A stretch of 64,000 bases of DNA, from NCBI RefSeq assembly GCF_036365525.1, contig NC_090382.1, forward strand, positions 27,934,219 to 27,998,218, written 5' to 3'. The notes beneath the pieces are model-generated. The model saw only the letters and a program-made list of their open reading frames with translations, was not told where the DNA came from and did no database searches. The position numbers and the translations under genes are program-made. The stretch comes from Heterodontus francisci. Its lineage: Eukaryota. Below are positions 1-13,140 of this stretch, in pieces. Positions within the stretch are counted from its first letter, which is position 1, and each line of letters opens with the position of its first letter.

Positions 1-329
1 GGTGGATCTAACTACAACGTACCTTGACTTCAGAGGACTGGTCCACGTAAAGGAAACTTTGTGCCAACTAAGGTGATAAAGGTGAATAGCAAGGAGATTT
101 TCTTCTTTTCATTAATATGAAGTCAGTAAATGTTTTGAATATGTAAAATGTATGTTTACTCTAGGTAAATCATTATGAATACCATGTCGTCACTTTTTGT
201 CTGAGTAAATGTTGAATAACAAAATTCTTACCTCTCCTGATATGATACGGAGCCAGAAAATATGTTTAGAAATGCTTTAGGAAATTCTGAAGAATTATAT
301 TGTGTGTTTAAAAATAATATAATGTGGAG

Positions 330-601
330 ACAACTAGAGGGCACAGATTTCAGATAATTGGCAAGAGAAATAGAGGGAGAAATAAGGACGATTTATTTTT
401 TTACACGAATTTCTCTGATCTGGAAAGCACTGCCTGAAAGGGTGGTGGAAGCAGATTCGATAATAACTTTCAAAATTGTATATAGATTTGAAAAAGGAAA
501 TATTTCAGGGTTATGGGGAATGAGCAGAGGGACTAACTGGATCACTGCTTTGAAGAGCTGGCAGATGTTTGTTGGGCTGAAAGTGCTGTAAGATTCTATG
601 A
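330..601 (+). mobile_element. CR1 LINE 3' fragment (degenerate)
   Basis: TRGHRF...FFT..IWKALPERVVEADSIITFK C-terminal CR1 ORF2 motif, followed by a CR1-type 3' tail (ttctatga). Confidence 0.8.
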
Positions 602-1559
602 TAGTTGATGTACAACAGGTTTGGGTTTTCAGATGGAAAATGCTTTCAACAAGACTATTTGACAGTTGGGGTTTGAGGGCGTGTAGAAGGGTGACTTCAG
701 TGCTCGTCAAGGTGAAGAATGCCAGGGTGGGTGAATGAAATACTTTTCCATTCTGCCAGCAGCAGATTGGACTACCCGGCCATTTGCCCCAACAATGAGC
801 TACAACCCCATCGACTAAAACCCATTTGTGTACCCATGCATTCATTTCCATCAGGCCCTCATTGGTCTGGAGTGAGCTTGAAAATATTCAAACAATTTGC
901 ACTGAATTAGGGGCACCTATGTGACGTGATCTCATGCCAATTGGGAACAGGAATAAAACTGCCCCAATTCATCTCTCTTACAGCACTGAGACTGTAATTT
1001 TTGGCTCCATATCACTGCTAGTGCCAGTCGTCTGGAAGCCCTGAAGCCGTACAATGGCGCAGACCATGCTGCTGGCTACTTGCAGTGCAGCAGGCACAAG
1101 TGCCCCATGTTGGGCAAGGCAGTGGTGTGGGCATACCATACGTGCACCAGGTGGGTTAGAAGAGGTCTGATCATCAATCAGTTTTGGCTAATTTCAGGCA
1201 CTTTTCACAAACATTGTTTGCACCTGTGCTAATCACTGTCAGCTGACCATATGTTCAGCAGCACCAGGAACCGCCTCCAGCGCTATTTAAAGGGCCATTC
1301 ATCCAACCTGTAGGTGAGGTGCTTTTGATTGAACTCTGCTGTGGCAAAGTTAGTGGAAGTACTGTGGCTTACATTTCAGAGGTTTTGAAGTGACCCATTG
1401 TATACATTCAAAGAGACCAGAGGAAATGGTTACCCAACTCCACATGAGGAATGTGGGTTCTGAGTGCCTCTGGGTCTGCAACATGACTGAGAAATGGTGC
1501 TGAGTGTTGAGAGGGGTATCTGTGCGAAGAGTGAGGAGGAGGGCTCTCCACAGAAAGCC

Positions 1560-2400
1560 CTACCCACCACCTGTTCTTCAAGAGAGCACTTCTCATAGTT
1601 TCACCTCAACCAGGAGCAATGTCTGAGGCCCGACAAATTCAACAAGGAGGTGGTCACAGAACTGTGTCACCTCCTTCAACTTGACCTAGAGCCTCACACC
1701 AGGGCAAGGACGGCACTGCCAGTGCCCATCAAGTTCATGGGGGTCATTGAACTGGAAGCAGGCATCATATCCATCGGGAAGGTGACGGAGGCCATCTATC
1801 CCAGGAGATACGAATACATTGGTTTCTCCCTCAGCAGGAAGGAACAGAATGAGAGGCCACATGATTTTACCAGGATAGTGGCTTACCCAATGGTGCAGGG
1901 AGTCATCGGCAGCAGACAAGCAGCTCAGCTGGCTCACCATGCCAATATGGAGAGGTATAGGAACTGCAAGGGCTACCGTTGCATCAATGCATAGTCGGTG
2001 TGCGACCATGCACAGTACAAGCGCATGTCGGTGAATGCAAACTCTCCTGGCAGCAGTCACGATGTCGTCATCCTCAGTCTGTTGCCCCACCGTCTTCACA
2101 CCTCCAGAAAAAGCAGAGGGTGTCTGCTTGGACATAAGAGATACCCCCTGTACACCTGGCTGATGACACCTTCCCCTCCACCATCGATCACATAACGGCA
2201 ACGCATGTATAAAAAGAGCCATGGAGCCACTAGGAGCATTGTGGAACAGACCACTGGTGTACTGAAGTAGCGTTTCCAATGCCTGGACTGCTGGAGGCGG
2301 ACCTTCAGTACATGCTGGACTGACTATCCAAGCTCATGGTAGCCTGTTGTGTCCTCCATATCATCGGCATCATGAGGGTGCAACCATTGTCACCAGGAAT
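1560..2400 (+). pseudogene. Harbinger (HARBI1-type DDE) transposase pseudogene
   Basis: Broken frames give VTELCHLLQLDLEP..TALPV, YRNCKGY..IN, VCDH..VNANSPGSSHD, LLGHKRYPLYTWLMTP, RSIVEQTTGVLK*RFQCLD; contains stops and frameshifts. Confidence 0.85.
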
Positions 2401-2904
2401 GTGGAGGCCACCTGGTGAGGAGGAGGTATGGAGTATACATTCCTGGACCTCTTTGCTCGGATGAGCTGTCCGAGGACACCTGCTCAGACTTCGCTTCCCT
2501 AAGGAGAACTTCCCTTCACCACCATGGATTCATCATTCCCCAGCGTAACACCCATATGGGATACCCCATCACACTGTGTCCTTGGCCAAGATTCTGCACT
2601 AAAAACCTTTTCATTAACATCTTTATCCAACAACAGATCTAATTATACAAACAAAACTGAACTATTCACCCTTGTGCATTCCCTTAGTGCCTGTCTTGTT
2701 GGTACAGTTGGCCTTGGCGGATGCTCTGAAGCAGCTCAGGGCCTCCTTCACCACAGCATGAGTGTCAGCAGTCTGGGCTGGCTGGCTGAGAGGGCAACGG
2801 CAAGGGCATTAGCAGTGTGGCAGTAGTTGGAGCACAAATGGTGTTATCCTGAGGGAGGACAGCAGATCCATGCTCCACGCTACCACTCCCGCAGGATCAC
2901 ACTG

Positions 2905-3845
2905 AGATCCAGAAGGCAGTCACACCCCTTACGCTAGGGTCTTCTGATTTAGTCCATAGCAAGGGACAAGAGGGTGAGACTGCAAGTGAGGCAGATATGG
3001 GGATCAAGAAGGTAGCAGTAGAGGAACCTCAACCCTTGCACTTGCCCACATGTTTGAGGTTCTCGCAGCTTGTATGGATGAGAGTGAGGGCTGCAGGGTG
3101 GATGAGCGAACTGACCATGGCACCATGGTGCAGGGAATCATTCAAGCAGTGGGAGTAAATAGGAATGTAGTGCTAATAGGGAACAAGGGGATAAACACAG
3201 TTCTCTGCAGCCAAGAGCGAGAGCACAGAAGGCTGCGTTGTCTGCCCGGATCCAGGGTTTGGGATATCTGCGCTGGGCTGGAGAGGAACTTACAATGGGA
3301 GGAGGAGGATCCAGTAGTCATGGTCCATGTGGGTACCAACGACATAGATAGGACTAGGAAGGAGGTTCTGCTTCGGGATTATGAGCATCTAGGGCCGAAA
3401 TTAAAAAGCAGAACCACAAAGGTAATAATCTCGGATTACTACCCGAGCCACGAGCAAATTGGTGTAGGGTAAATAAGATTACAGAGTTAAATGCGTAGCT
3501 CAAAGATTAGTGAGGGAGAAATGGGTTTTGATTCATGGGGCACTGGCACCAGTACTGGGGAAAGTGAGAACTGAACCGTTGGGACAGTCTTCAGCTGAAC
3601 TGTGCTGGGACAAGTGTCTTGGTGAGTCGTATAACTAAAGTGGTAGAGAGGGCTTTAAACTAAATAGTTGGGGCGAGGGATCTTGTGCGGGGAGATGTGG
3701 TAACTTAAAGATAATAGTGCAGGGTAGCGATACGGGTAAAGGTAACCAGAGTGTTCCAGGAAGGGACAGATCATATAAAATGAAGAGTGCACCAGCAGTT
3801 TGCAAGAATGGTAAAAAGACAGATCTAAAGGCTTTGTATCTGAAT
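2905..3845 (+). mobile_element. CR1 internal fragment (ORF1 SGNH esterase domain to start of ORF2) nested in Harbinger 1
   Basis: ORF 3050-3472 CLPGSRVWDI...VVMVHVGTNDI...LKSRTTKVIIS; ends at LKALYLN (start of the APE endonuclease). Confidence 0.85.
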
Positions 3846-4918
3846 GTCTGCAACCTCAGCCTCTAGTGAGCAGGCACACGAACTGTCCATCCCCCTCGCC
3901 TGGCTGCAACCACTCATGCTCGGTAACTCACCATGTGCAGATCCCAAGTCTATACTAGCCTCTCAGATACATGCAGTGCCAGTATTTGAGCTGATGGCTG
4001 AAAGTGTCAGATCAAGCGACAACGTTTCTTTATCAGAGGTCTGATGTAGCTGTAACCCTTCATCATGAAGCTGCAGTGGTTGTCCAGGCAGCAGCTCTTG
4101 GGTATCTGAAAGCAGAAATGCAGAAGGAGAGGTTTGGGCGACGGAAGTGGGGTAGGTGGAAAGCTCAAGGTCCTTGTTGACACCATCTCCAGCTTGCACT
4201 ACATGCCAGATAGCAGGATGAGGGTGAAGTGGGATTTGAGGAGGGGCATAAAGCAGGAACATGCCATCATCCTGAATGTTCTCAATGACACCAGATGCAA
4301 AGGGCCATGATGCGAATCGTCATCTCCTCCAGAGGGCTCAGGGGTGCAGGCATGCCTGTCCTTCACCAGTTCCATGCTGCTTCCTACAGTTATGGGCCAC
4401 CTTGTCCTGCAAGAGAGAGGGAAGAATATCAGTGAGTGTGTTGCAAAGTATTTGAATGATGTGCCTGTATGAGCTGAATAGCTGGAGGTATGTGGAAGCA
4501 GCAAGAGGTGGCCGCATTAATAGGTGTGTAGATGAGCTGGAGTATCTGGATGTTCGGCATGAGATCTGAGTGCCAGGGAATGCTGATGGCTGAGTGGTGG
4601 GGGTGTGGTGCATTGAGCAGCTTAAGAGGTTGGTGGAGGGGAGAGTAGGATTTGTCATGTGATGATGCATTCACTGACCTTGACCAATCTCATGAGGTCA
4701 TTGAATTTCTTCTGGCACCATTGCCAGATCCTCAGGACCAGACTCCAGGAATTGACCATTCTGGCCACCTGCTCCTGCTCCCTTCTCAAGGTGGTCCTTG
4801 AGGGCCTCCTGATCCCCAGCAGAAACATTGCATCTCTCCTCCTTTCCAACGACTGGACTAATGCCTCCAGCGCTGCACCAGAAAGCATGGGAGCCTTCTC
4901 TCTTGTCTGTTGCTCCAT
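3846..4918 (-). pseudogene. Harbinger Myb/SANT-like DNA-binding gene (spliced, degenerate)
   Basis: Exon 1 MEQQTREKAPMLSGAALEALVQ...WQWCQKKFNDL with donor AAG|gtcagt near 4678; exon 2 after ctcttgcag: DKVAHNCRKQHGTGEG. Confidence 0.8.
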
Positions 4919-4927
4919 TTTAATGAG

Positions 4928-5780
4928 TCATAGAGTCATAGATTTATACAGAACAGAAACAGGCTCTTCAGCCCATCATGTCTGAGTCAGCCATCAAGCA
5001 CCTAACTATTCTATTCCCATTTTCTAGCACTTGGCCCATAGCTTTGTATGCTATGTCGTTTCAAGTGCTCATCTAAATACTTCTGAAATGTAGTGAGGGT
5101 TTCTACCTCTACCACCTCTTCAGGCAGTGTGTTCCAGACTCCACCCACCCTCGGAGTGAAAAATATTTCCTCAAATCCCCTCTAAACCTCCTGACCCTTA
5201 CCTTAAATCTATGCCCCCTGGTTTTTGACCCCTCCGCTAAGTTTCTTCCTATCTAACTTATCAATGCCCCTCATAATTTTGTATAGCTCAATCAGGTCCC
5301 CCCTCAGCCTTCTCTGCTCTAAGGAAAACAACCCTGGCCTTTTCAGTTTCTCTTCATAGCTGAAATGCTCCAGCCCAGGCAACATCCTGGTGAATCTCCT
5401 CTGCACCCTCTCCAGTGCAATCACATCCTTCCTATAGTGTGGTGCCCAGAACTGTACACAGTACTCCAGCTGTGGCCTAACTAGTGTTTTATACAGCTCC
5501 ATCATAACCTCCCTGCTCTTATATTCTATGCCTCAGCTAATAAAGGCAAATATCACATATGCCTTCCTAACCACCTTATCTACCTGTGCTGCTGCCTTCA
5601 GTGATCTATAGACAAGTACATCAAGGTCCCTCTGACCCTCTGTACTTCCTATGATCCTACCAGCCATTGTATATTCCCTTGCCTTGTTAGTCCTCCCAAA
5701 ATGCATCACCTCACACTTCTCAGGATTAAATTCCATTTGCCACTGCTCCACCCATCTTACCAGCCTATCTATATTGTCCT
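4928..5780 (-). mobile_element. CR1 LINE 3' fragment
   Basis: EQWQMEFNPEKCEVMHFG and [24 protein letters not shown] ORFs; tail at the left end. Confidence 0.92.
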
Positions 5781-6111
5781 GTGCTTTAGCTTCTATTCAA
5801 GTCTTTCACAGGCAGTTTGCAGAAGTTCCTCTACAATGAGTACAGCTCCCTTTTAATAGACGCCGGCTGCCTTTAGCTGTGTGTCTTGTTAGTCATACAT
5901 GTTACTGGGCCCCCTGATGAGCATGCAACCAGTCAGCAATGCATTCTGTGTAAGGCTGCATACTGAAATCATTTAGATGAGGCAGGCAGCATGAAATTTG
6001 CATGTTGCCTGCCTCAAAAGGAGCGGGTGGGGGTGTTAAGCACGCATCACGAATCCTGTGCCCGAAAACAGGCCTTGATGAATTTTTTTGCCCTAAGTTC
6101 CTTAAAGTGAA

Positions 6112-6140
6112 CAGAGAGAGAGAGAGAGAGCGAGAGAGAA
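6112..6140. repeat. (GA)n microsatellite
   Basis: agagagagagagagagagcgagagagaa. Confidence 0.9.
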
Positions 6141-6300
6141 AGAGTGACAGCTTTAACCACATCATTGTGGGATGAAGTGAAACCAAAATATCAAAAGTAG
6201 CTGGACACTGTGTCTAGCCTATTGCACCACTCAGCTCCCCTGTTGCTATGGACTTATATTTGTCATGATGCATTTTGTCTACAATGTACTGGACGTAAGG

Positions 6301-6588
6301 CATAGGAACATAGGAACAGGAGTAGGCCATTCAGCCCATCGAGCCTGCTCCAACAATCAACTGGATCATGGCTGATCATCTACCTCAACACCACTTTCCC
6401 ACGCTATCTCCATATCCTTTGATGTCATTAGTCTCCAGAAATCTATCAATTTCTGTCTTGAAAGGAAAGATCATGTTTGACAAACCTGTTGGAGTTTATT
6501 GAGGATGCTACTTGTAGCATAGATAAAGGAGAACCAGTGGATGTGGTGCATTTGGATTTTCAGAAGGCTTTTGATAAGGTTCCACATT
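6301..6588. mobile_element. CR1 fragment: minus-strand 3' tail joined to a plus-strand RT piece
   Basis: cataggaacataggaacaggagtaggcc tail, then SCLTNLLEF..VDVVHLDFQKAFDKVPH on +. Confidence 0.75.
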
Positions 6589-6597
6589 GGACCTCCT

Positions 6598-6862
6598 CTA
6601 GGCTTGCCAACTCTGTTTGGACATATTCCTGGAGACTTCATGACATGACCTCCCACCTCCAACCGTCCTGCCCAGTCAAACAGCCTTTACTCCGCCATCT
6701 CCAATATTTCTATGACTAATGAATAAAAGCCTTCAAACAAAGTAAAAAAAAAACAATTTTAATGCCCCTGTGAGTTTTCTCCTGTGTTGCCCCCAGCAGT
6801 GTCCAGAATATTAATTCTTAATTCCTGGCGACTCCAGGGCAATCTGAGAGGGTTGATAATTG
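6598..6862. mobile_element. Possible hAT-type MITE (degenerate TAGGGTTGCCAAC-like ends)
   Basis: Left taggcttgccaac; right ...ctccagggcaatctgagagggttgataa resembles its reverse complement. Confidence 0.4.
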
Positions 6863-7984
6863 AAACTGTCTGTCCCTCCCCATCAACGAATTATTTCTTT
6901 CCAGTAGTGTTACTGCAACATCCTGAAGGGGCTGGTGGAGAGGAGTGAGAGTTTGAGAGTACAATGAGAGTTCAGTTCTTGGTCTGACAGATGTGGGAGT
7001 TTGCGCAGCATCCATTGTTAAACAAGATTTAAATCATCTCTTTGTTAACTGTGGTCTATTGTCTATTGTGCAGGTATCAATGTGTCTGATTGTCCTCAGC
7101 TGCTGTGTGTACATGTCCCATCGAGGGTGAGATCTGCACCATGAGCACATCACACTGCACCCTGGCACTTATAGCTGTGTGTCTCATCCAGGGTAAGTAT
7201 CAAATTCCACCAATCACTCTGTTTAAGCTTTCTTTCCTCTCTCTCTTCTGATGGAGCTGATTGTTGCTGGACTATTGACCCATGGACCATGGGCACCCTC
7301 TGGTATCTCATCCATGTGCCTAATCTCCACATGCTAACCTAGGCCGGGCACATGGGAGATGAGTAGTCTGTCCAAAATGTTTTGCATGGCTTACACATCA
7401 TCAACGGCTTTACGCTGGGGTCCTCAAAGGGGACTGGAGTTGAGTGTTCCCCAGGGGTTTGTTCTGGGGCTTCAGCTTTTCACCATATTTATCAATGACT
7501 TGGATGAAGGAATGGAGCATTGTATATCCAAATCCGCAGATGACCCTATGCTAGGAAATACCATTGTCCAAATCTTGCTGGGAAAATCATGGTGTGTTTA
7601 CATGCAAGCGGTTATTGACAGGCAAATCAGCAGTAAATTCAGGTGAAGAAGAGATATGCTGCGAGTTGTGAATCACCATAATTTTCTGCTCAATTTATGC
7701 CGCTCCACCTTTGACCTCGACCTGTTACTTTTAAAAGCTTGCTGGATTTGCACATTAAACTTGAATTAAACTTGCCACAGAAAGGTGGAACTGGTACTTA
7801 ACAGAGTAAGTATCCTTTTAGTTACACGATAATTGTTAATACAATGCTAATCTTCCCATCCAGCCCAGATAGGGAATTATTTATACTGTTGATTCTCATT
7901 TCTTCAAGTAGTAACCTCTGCATAGAGATTTTAAAAGTATTAAATGCCATTTTTTTTCTACTTTTCCTTTCTTGTCCCTTTTAG

Positions 7985-8345
7985 ATCTATAGAACCATAG
8001 CAAAATTACGGCACAGAAGAAGGCTATTCAGCCCATCGTGTCTGCACCAGCCCAAAAAACTAGCCACCCAAACTAATTCCACCTTCCACCACCTGGTCCA
8101 TAGCCTTGCAGGTTACACCATTTCAGGTGCATGTCCAGGTAACTTTTAAAAGAGTCAAGCATTTCTGCCTCCACCACTGTTCCTGGCAGTGAATTCCAGA
8201 CACCTTCTGGGTGAAAGGTTTTTCCTCATGTCCCCGCTAATCCTTCTACCAATCACCTTAAATCTGTGCCCCCTGGTAATTGACCTCTCCACTAGGGAAA
8301 CAGGTCCTTCTTGTCTATCTAGGCCCCTCATAATTTTTTACCAAA
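7985..8345 (-). mobile_element. CR1 3' fragment
   Basis: Reverse-strand CR1 ORF2 end (aatctgtgccccctgg = RGHRF) plus tail. Confidence 0.75.
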
Positions 8346-8624
8346 TCTCTTTTTTGTCTCTTTATTTCTCCATCTGTACCTAATTTGCTAAATTCACCCT
8401 CCTCTTCTATTGTTTCTCTGTTTCTTTCTTAATCCTTAATTCTCATTGGTTAAGGAGATAGGCTGTTGGCCCCAACGCATTCACGAAGGTGCTAGATATT
8501 ATCAGCTCACACTTCCAGAAATCTGAAGGACAAAAAAAAATTCAAGCTGAAAGGTGCAAAAAAACTAATGATGCATGCTGAGGTGTCCTGCTGTGGCGTG
8601 ATTTTTGTCTTGTATGTTGTAGAT

Positions 8625-9190
8625 GGATTCAGGAAGTTACTAAGTGATGTAGACAGACTAAGTGAGTGGGTAAAGCTATGGCAAATGGAGTCCAATGTGG
8701 GGAAGTGCGAGGTCATCTACTGTTGATCTGAGAAAGGCAAAACAGTCTATTTTCTTCATGGCGCAAGACAATGAGCTTTGGAAGAGCAAAGGGATTTCGA
8801 CACAAATCTGAAAGGTAATGCACAGGAATAAAAAGTAATCAAAAGGGCAAATTACATTTTAGGCTTTATCTCAAGGGAGTTGGAATATAAAAGTAGGGAA
8901 TTGATGCTTCAGCTGTACAGATCCTTAGTCAGACCCCATCTGGAGTATTGTGTTCAGATCTGGGCTCAGCACCTCAGGAAGGATAAGTTAGCTGTGAAGT
9001 GGGTGCAACACAGATTCACCAGAATGATATCAGGGCTTAAAGTGTTAAATTCATGAGACCAAGCTGCATTAACTTAATTTGTATTCCCTTGAGTGTAGAA
9101 GGTTGGGGTGATCTGATCGAAATGCTTAAAACCATAAAAGGATTTGATATGATAGATATAGAGAAATTATTTTCTCTGGTTTCTCCAGGA
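8625..9190 (+). mobile_element. CR1 ORF2 fragment (degenerate)
   Basis: DVDRLSEWVKLWQMESNVGKCEV...LYRSLVRPHLEYCVQIW. Confidence 0.8.
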
Positions 9191-9836
9191 CAAGGGGAAA
9201 TAATCTTTGTCCTGCCATTAGCATGCTGGCAGCTGCCACACACATGGCATTAGGTAAGGGGAAATTGGCCAATGGTATTTGATTGTAAAGCTGCCTGGAA
9301 TATAACACGGACTTTTGACTTTAGATTTAACTTTAGATTTATCAAATATATTAAAAAAATTAGGAAAAATTTAACCTGTCCTTCTGCCAGGACTGTATCT
9401 CTAATTATTTAATCAGCTTTACAGAAAATAACATTGAGTAATCTATTGTTTCCTATGTCTTACTATCTATAACACAGTAAAAGCCATGCTTCAAGCATAT
9501 GTTTCCCTTCGGTCATGCTTTATTGATCATGCTGCAAATCTCTTTCTGTGGCATTTTTTTTAAGTATAAAAATGTTCAATTGGAACATGCAAAGTTTGTC
9601 AGCATTTGAAAATTCTTTAACTGATGCAAGAGCCATATTATCTGTATATTGCTTGACCTTATTAACAACATTTTAAAAAAAGAAATCCAGGGTTCTGAGC
9701 TGCAGCTTGAGCAAATAAATTCTGAACTCACCCAATGTTTACTTAACGGAAATAAGGCTTTGTAGCCTTAAAGTGAAATATTAGGAAAAGAATAATACAT
9801 AGTGCGTTGTCAGGTATAATGTTGTTTTGTAACATT

Positions 9837-10672
9837 GGGCTGCATTTTAAGACTCCATCGCCAAAGTTGGCTGCGGATGTAACAAAATGTGGCCCGCGTT
9901 CATGGGAGCCACGTCATGGAGCCGCCATAATTTCAAAGGTGGCGGCTCATTTGCATGGCCATGGCACCCACGTCCCTCGATGACCTGGAGGGGACGGTCT
10001 AACCGCCGCAGGCAACAGCATCCGGTGCCAATGTGCAGGCATCCAGCGCCATTTTTAAAGGGCATATAGCCCTCAATGGAGATTTAAAAATTAAAGGGCC
10101 AGGTCAGTTCATTTACCAAAAAGCAGAATTAAGTTACCGTTAAATTAATTTCACCTCCCCCCCCACCCCCCTCCCCCCCACAAATGGCATTTCAAAACAT
10201 TCCTGCTTTTTCTGCCACCCCCCCCACCCAGAATTTGACCTCCCCCCCCCCCATCTTTGCCCTTTACCCCTTCCCATCATCCCACCACCAATCCACAGCG
10301 ATGTCACCCCCACTCCCCCCTCCTGCACAGAGAAAAAAACCCTCCTCCCCCTCCCGACAGGTGTCACGCCACGTTTCCCCAAACAGGGATTCGAAGGCGC
10401 AGCATTGCCGGCCGCCAAAATGACAATCAGTGCGGTGCTCAAAGACGTGACGGAACCCTCATTAAATCAGGTATGTAAATTAGTTTACATATTCAAAAGG
10501 GGGTCCCATCGCCGAGTTGCGGGGCAGCCGCCACGAGGCCTCGCCGCTGCCGAAATCGGCATGGGGCCTGTCACCATCGGGGTCGGTGGTGGGCCTCCAT
10601 CACACCGATCTTCATTGCTCCCCCACCCCCCGCCAACGTTCCCGACGGCAGAGGGGCTTTAAAATCCAGCCC
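9837..10672. mobile_element. Non-autonomous Harbinger-type MITE
   Basis: TIRs GGGCTGCATTTTAA / TTAAAATCCAGCCC; 3-bp flanks ATT and AGT; GC-rich non-coding interior. Confidence 0.8.
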
Positions 10673-10904
10673 AGTGTATCACCTGTTTGATAACCTGGAA
10701 TGGTGTCTATATTATAATTAAAATGGAACAGCTGCATACATTTCCTGCTTTCAGTCACATTTGCTTTGTCACACTCTGGTGTCACACATCAAATCATTCA
10801 AAATATTCTGCATCATGTTTGCACTTCACTTGCTGAAATCTCATGCTCATGAGCAGCTGAGCTGTTTGACCAAGTTGCAAGCTGTTGAAGCAACCAACTC
10901 ATTC

Positions 10905-11160
10905 AAAATCACAACAGAAAATTCTGGAAACACTCCGAGGGTCAGACAATATCTATGGAGAGAGAAACAGAGTTAACCTTTCAGGTCAATGACCTTTCTT
11001 CAGAACTAGAAGAGATTCATGATGAATAGCCTTTAAGGAAGTACAAATGAAGGGAAAAGGTGAAGGTGTGGCGAGGAGGAAAGAACAGAGGAAGAGGTCT
11101 GGAGGGCAAGACTGATTCAATGACTAAAGGGATGATAATGAGACAGTGTAAAAACAAACA
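10905..11160. mobile_element. Penelope-like element terminal (pLTR) fragment
   Basis: Homologous to 45452-45625 and 46376-46500; minus strand has CTGAAGA-AAGGTCATTGACCT-GAAA hammerhead-like core. Confidence 0.65.
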
Positions 11161-11169
11161 ATGAGATCA

Positions 11170-11638
11170 ATATCATGCCCCCCCCCCCCGAAAAAGCGAG
11201 ATGGTGGCAGTTGTGGGGGGGCATAAAATGGAGCAGGAAGCTCCGGGAGCCCTTCCCGATCCGCTCCTGCTTCCGGCGACGGCGGCAAAAAACGGCCTGC
11301 CCACCCCAGGCTAATCAAAGCCCTTAACTGGCCACTTATTGGCACTTAAGGGCCTACGCCCGCCTCCATGGGGATTTTACCCATGGCTGGTCGGGTGGCC
11401 CAGGCTTGAGCGAACCGCCTGCCAAAAGCAGGTGGCTCTCTGACGGCCCGGCGTGGGGCCCTCGTGAGGCACCCAAAACTTCCCCGACAGCTTCTTCTTC
11501 AAGCTGAGCTGTAATCCGAGCAGTGGCTACCACTCCGGCAAAATACGTGTCGGATCCCCGGGTGAGGCGGAAGCGGGTTCGCCACCGACTTTTCAGTCAG
11601 TGGCCAGCTCCCATCCACCCAGGGTTCAATCCCGGCCA
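11170..11638. mobile_element. Non-autonomous Harbinger-like element (degenerate)
   Basis: GC-rich island ending in aatcccggcc (TIR-like, cf. 10661-10672). Confidence 0.5.
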
Positions 11639-11854
11639 ATGGGTCCAGGGGAGGTGTAAGTAGTTACAGCAGAATAGCAATTCACTCAAAATATTTTTAA
11701 AAACTCTTTTCTGGAACCATGTTGTTTCTGATTGATGTCACCACACAGTTATTAAAAAGGCTTTATAAGATATTAAAATGATAAGATGTGAAACGTCATT
11801 GCATAATTTCTCACTTATCTACGCTGCCTTTTTATTTTGTTTTCATTCTTTGGG

Positions 11855-12090
11855 GAGACGAGTAGAATTTTTTTATACTCAACAGGCTGTTGTCATCTGG
11901 TTTGCACTGCCTAAAAGGATGTTTGAAGCAGATTCAATAGTAACTTTCAAAAAGGAATAATATATATAATTGAAAAGGAAAGAAGTTGTGCAGGCCTTGG
12001 GAAAAGAGTAGGAGGCTGGGACTAATTGGTTAGCTCTTTCAAAGAGGCATGAGAGGCCAACTGGCCTCCTTCAGTGCTGTATGATTCTAT
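11855..12090 (+). mobile_element. CR1 3' end
   Basis: FFYTQQAVVIWFALPKRMFEADSIVTFKKE plus tail gtgctgtatgattctat. Confidence 0.8.
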
Positions 12091-12344
12091 CTTTGGTGTT
12101 GACTGTGCAGACTGTACCTATACAGAATCCAGTTTTAATTTTCACACATTTTATATGTATTTTTCCCTTTTTGTTCACTGTTTTACATCACTTTCGAAAC
12201 TACCTTTCTTTTGCCTGCAGCTCTTGGCAAATGAAAACAAATGGGCAACAATTCAATTCCTCCCTCAGATTTGTTTCCTGAAGTCATTTGGGGTGGCTTA
12301 CTCTTCAAGCACTGTGCTGTTCTTTTTATTTCTCTCCATCTCAA

Positions 12345-12955
12345 CAACAACTTATAAAATCAAATGTCCATGGCGCTTCACAGGAACATTATAAAACAAA
12401 ATATGAGACTGAGACACATAAGGAGATATTAGGTCAGATGACCAAAAGAGGTAGGTTTTAAGGAGTGTCTTAAAGGAGGAAAGAGAGGTACACAGGTAAA
12501 GAGGCGTAGGGATGGAATTCCACAGCTCAGGTCCTAGGCAACTGAAGGTGGGGCCACCAATGGTGGAGAAATTAAAATTGGGGATACTCATTTAGGATGA
12601 GTGCAGATATCTCGCAGCTTTGTGGGACTGGAGGAGATTACAGCGATAGGAAGGAATTTGAAAGCAAGGATGAGAATTTTAAAATCAAGACGTTAGTGAA
12701 AACAAAGGTGAACAGAACTTGGTGTGAGTAAAGACATGGGCTGCAGAGTTTTGGATGACCTTAAGTTTACAGAAAGTAGAATGTGGGAGACCAGCCAGGA
12801 GTGCATTGGAATAGTCAAGTCTAGAGGTAACAAAGGCATGAATGAGAGTTTTGGCAGCAGATGAACTGAGACAGGGGCAAAGTCAGGTGATATTGCAGAA
12901 GTCAAAATAGGTGATCTTAGTGATGGCTCGAATATGAGGATGGAAGCTCATCTCA
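12345..12955 (-). mobile_element. L2 LINE 3' fragment
   Basis: Minus strand reads AAKTLIHAFVTSRLDYSNALLAGLP and LWNSIP..SFKTLLKTYLF (L2 C-terminus). Confidence 0.85.
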
Positions 12956-13140
12956 AAAATATATGAGATTACAAGCAGTTATTAGCTTTATAGACAATAA
13001 CCTCAAAATCTACATTGATGCCCACATACTGGTACTCTTACCTTAGTAAAAATCTTTACTTTGTGCTTTTAAATTATACCCACTTATCTTTGAATGTAGA
13101 AAACCTACCTTTTCAAAGTGTAAAGAAATAAGAAGAACAT

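Larger units (their letters stand above)
990..6092. mobile_element. PIF/Harbinger DNA transposon copy 1 (degenerate, with two nested CR1 pieces); ends approximate
   Basis: Convergent HARBI1-type transposase (+) and Myb/SANT gene (-). The subterminal segment near 5900-6080 is homologous (reverse complement) to 60797-60990. Confidence 0.75.

Noticed and set aside
1-75. Short frame VDLTTTYLDFRGLVHVKETLCQLR with nearby GT sites, a possible host exon
   Set aside because: Truncated by the window edge and not recognisable; cannot be supported.
12221-12300. Good acceptor (tttgcctgcag) followed by a short open frame, a possible exon
   Set aside because: No convincing donor or recognisable protein; needs transcript evidence.
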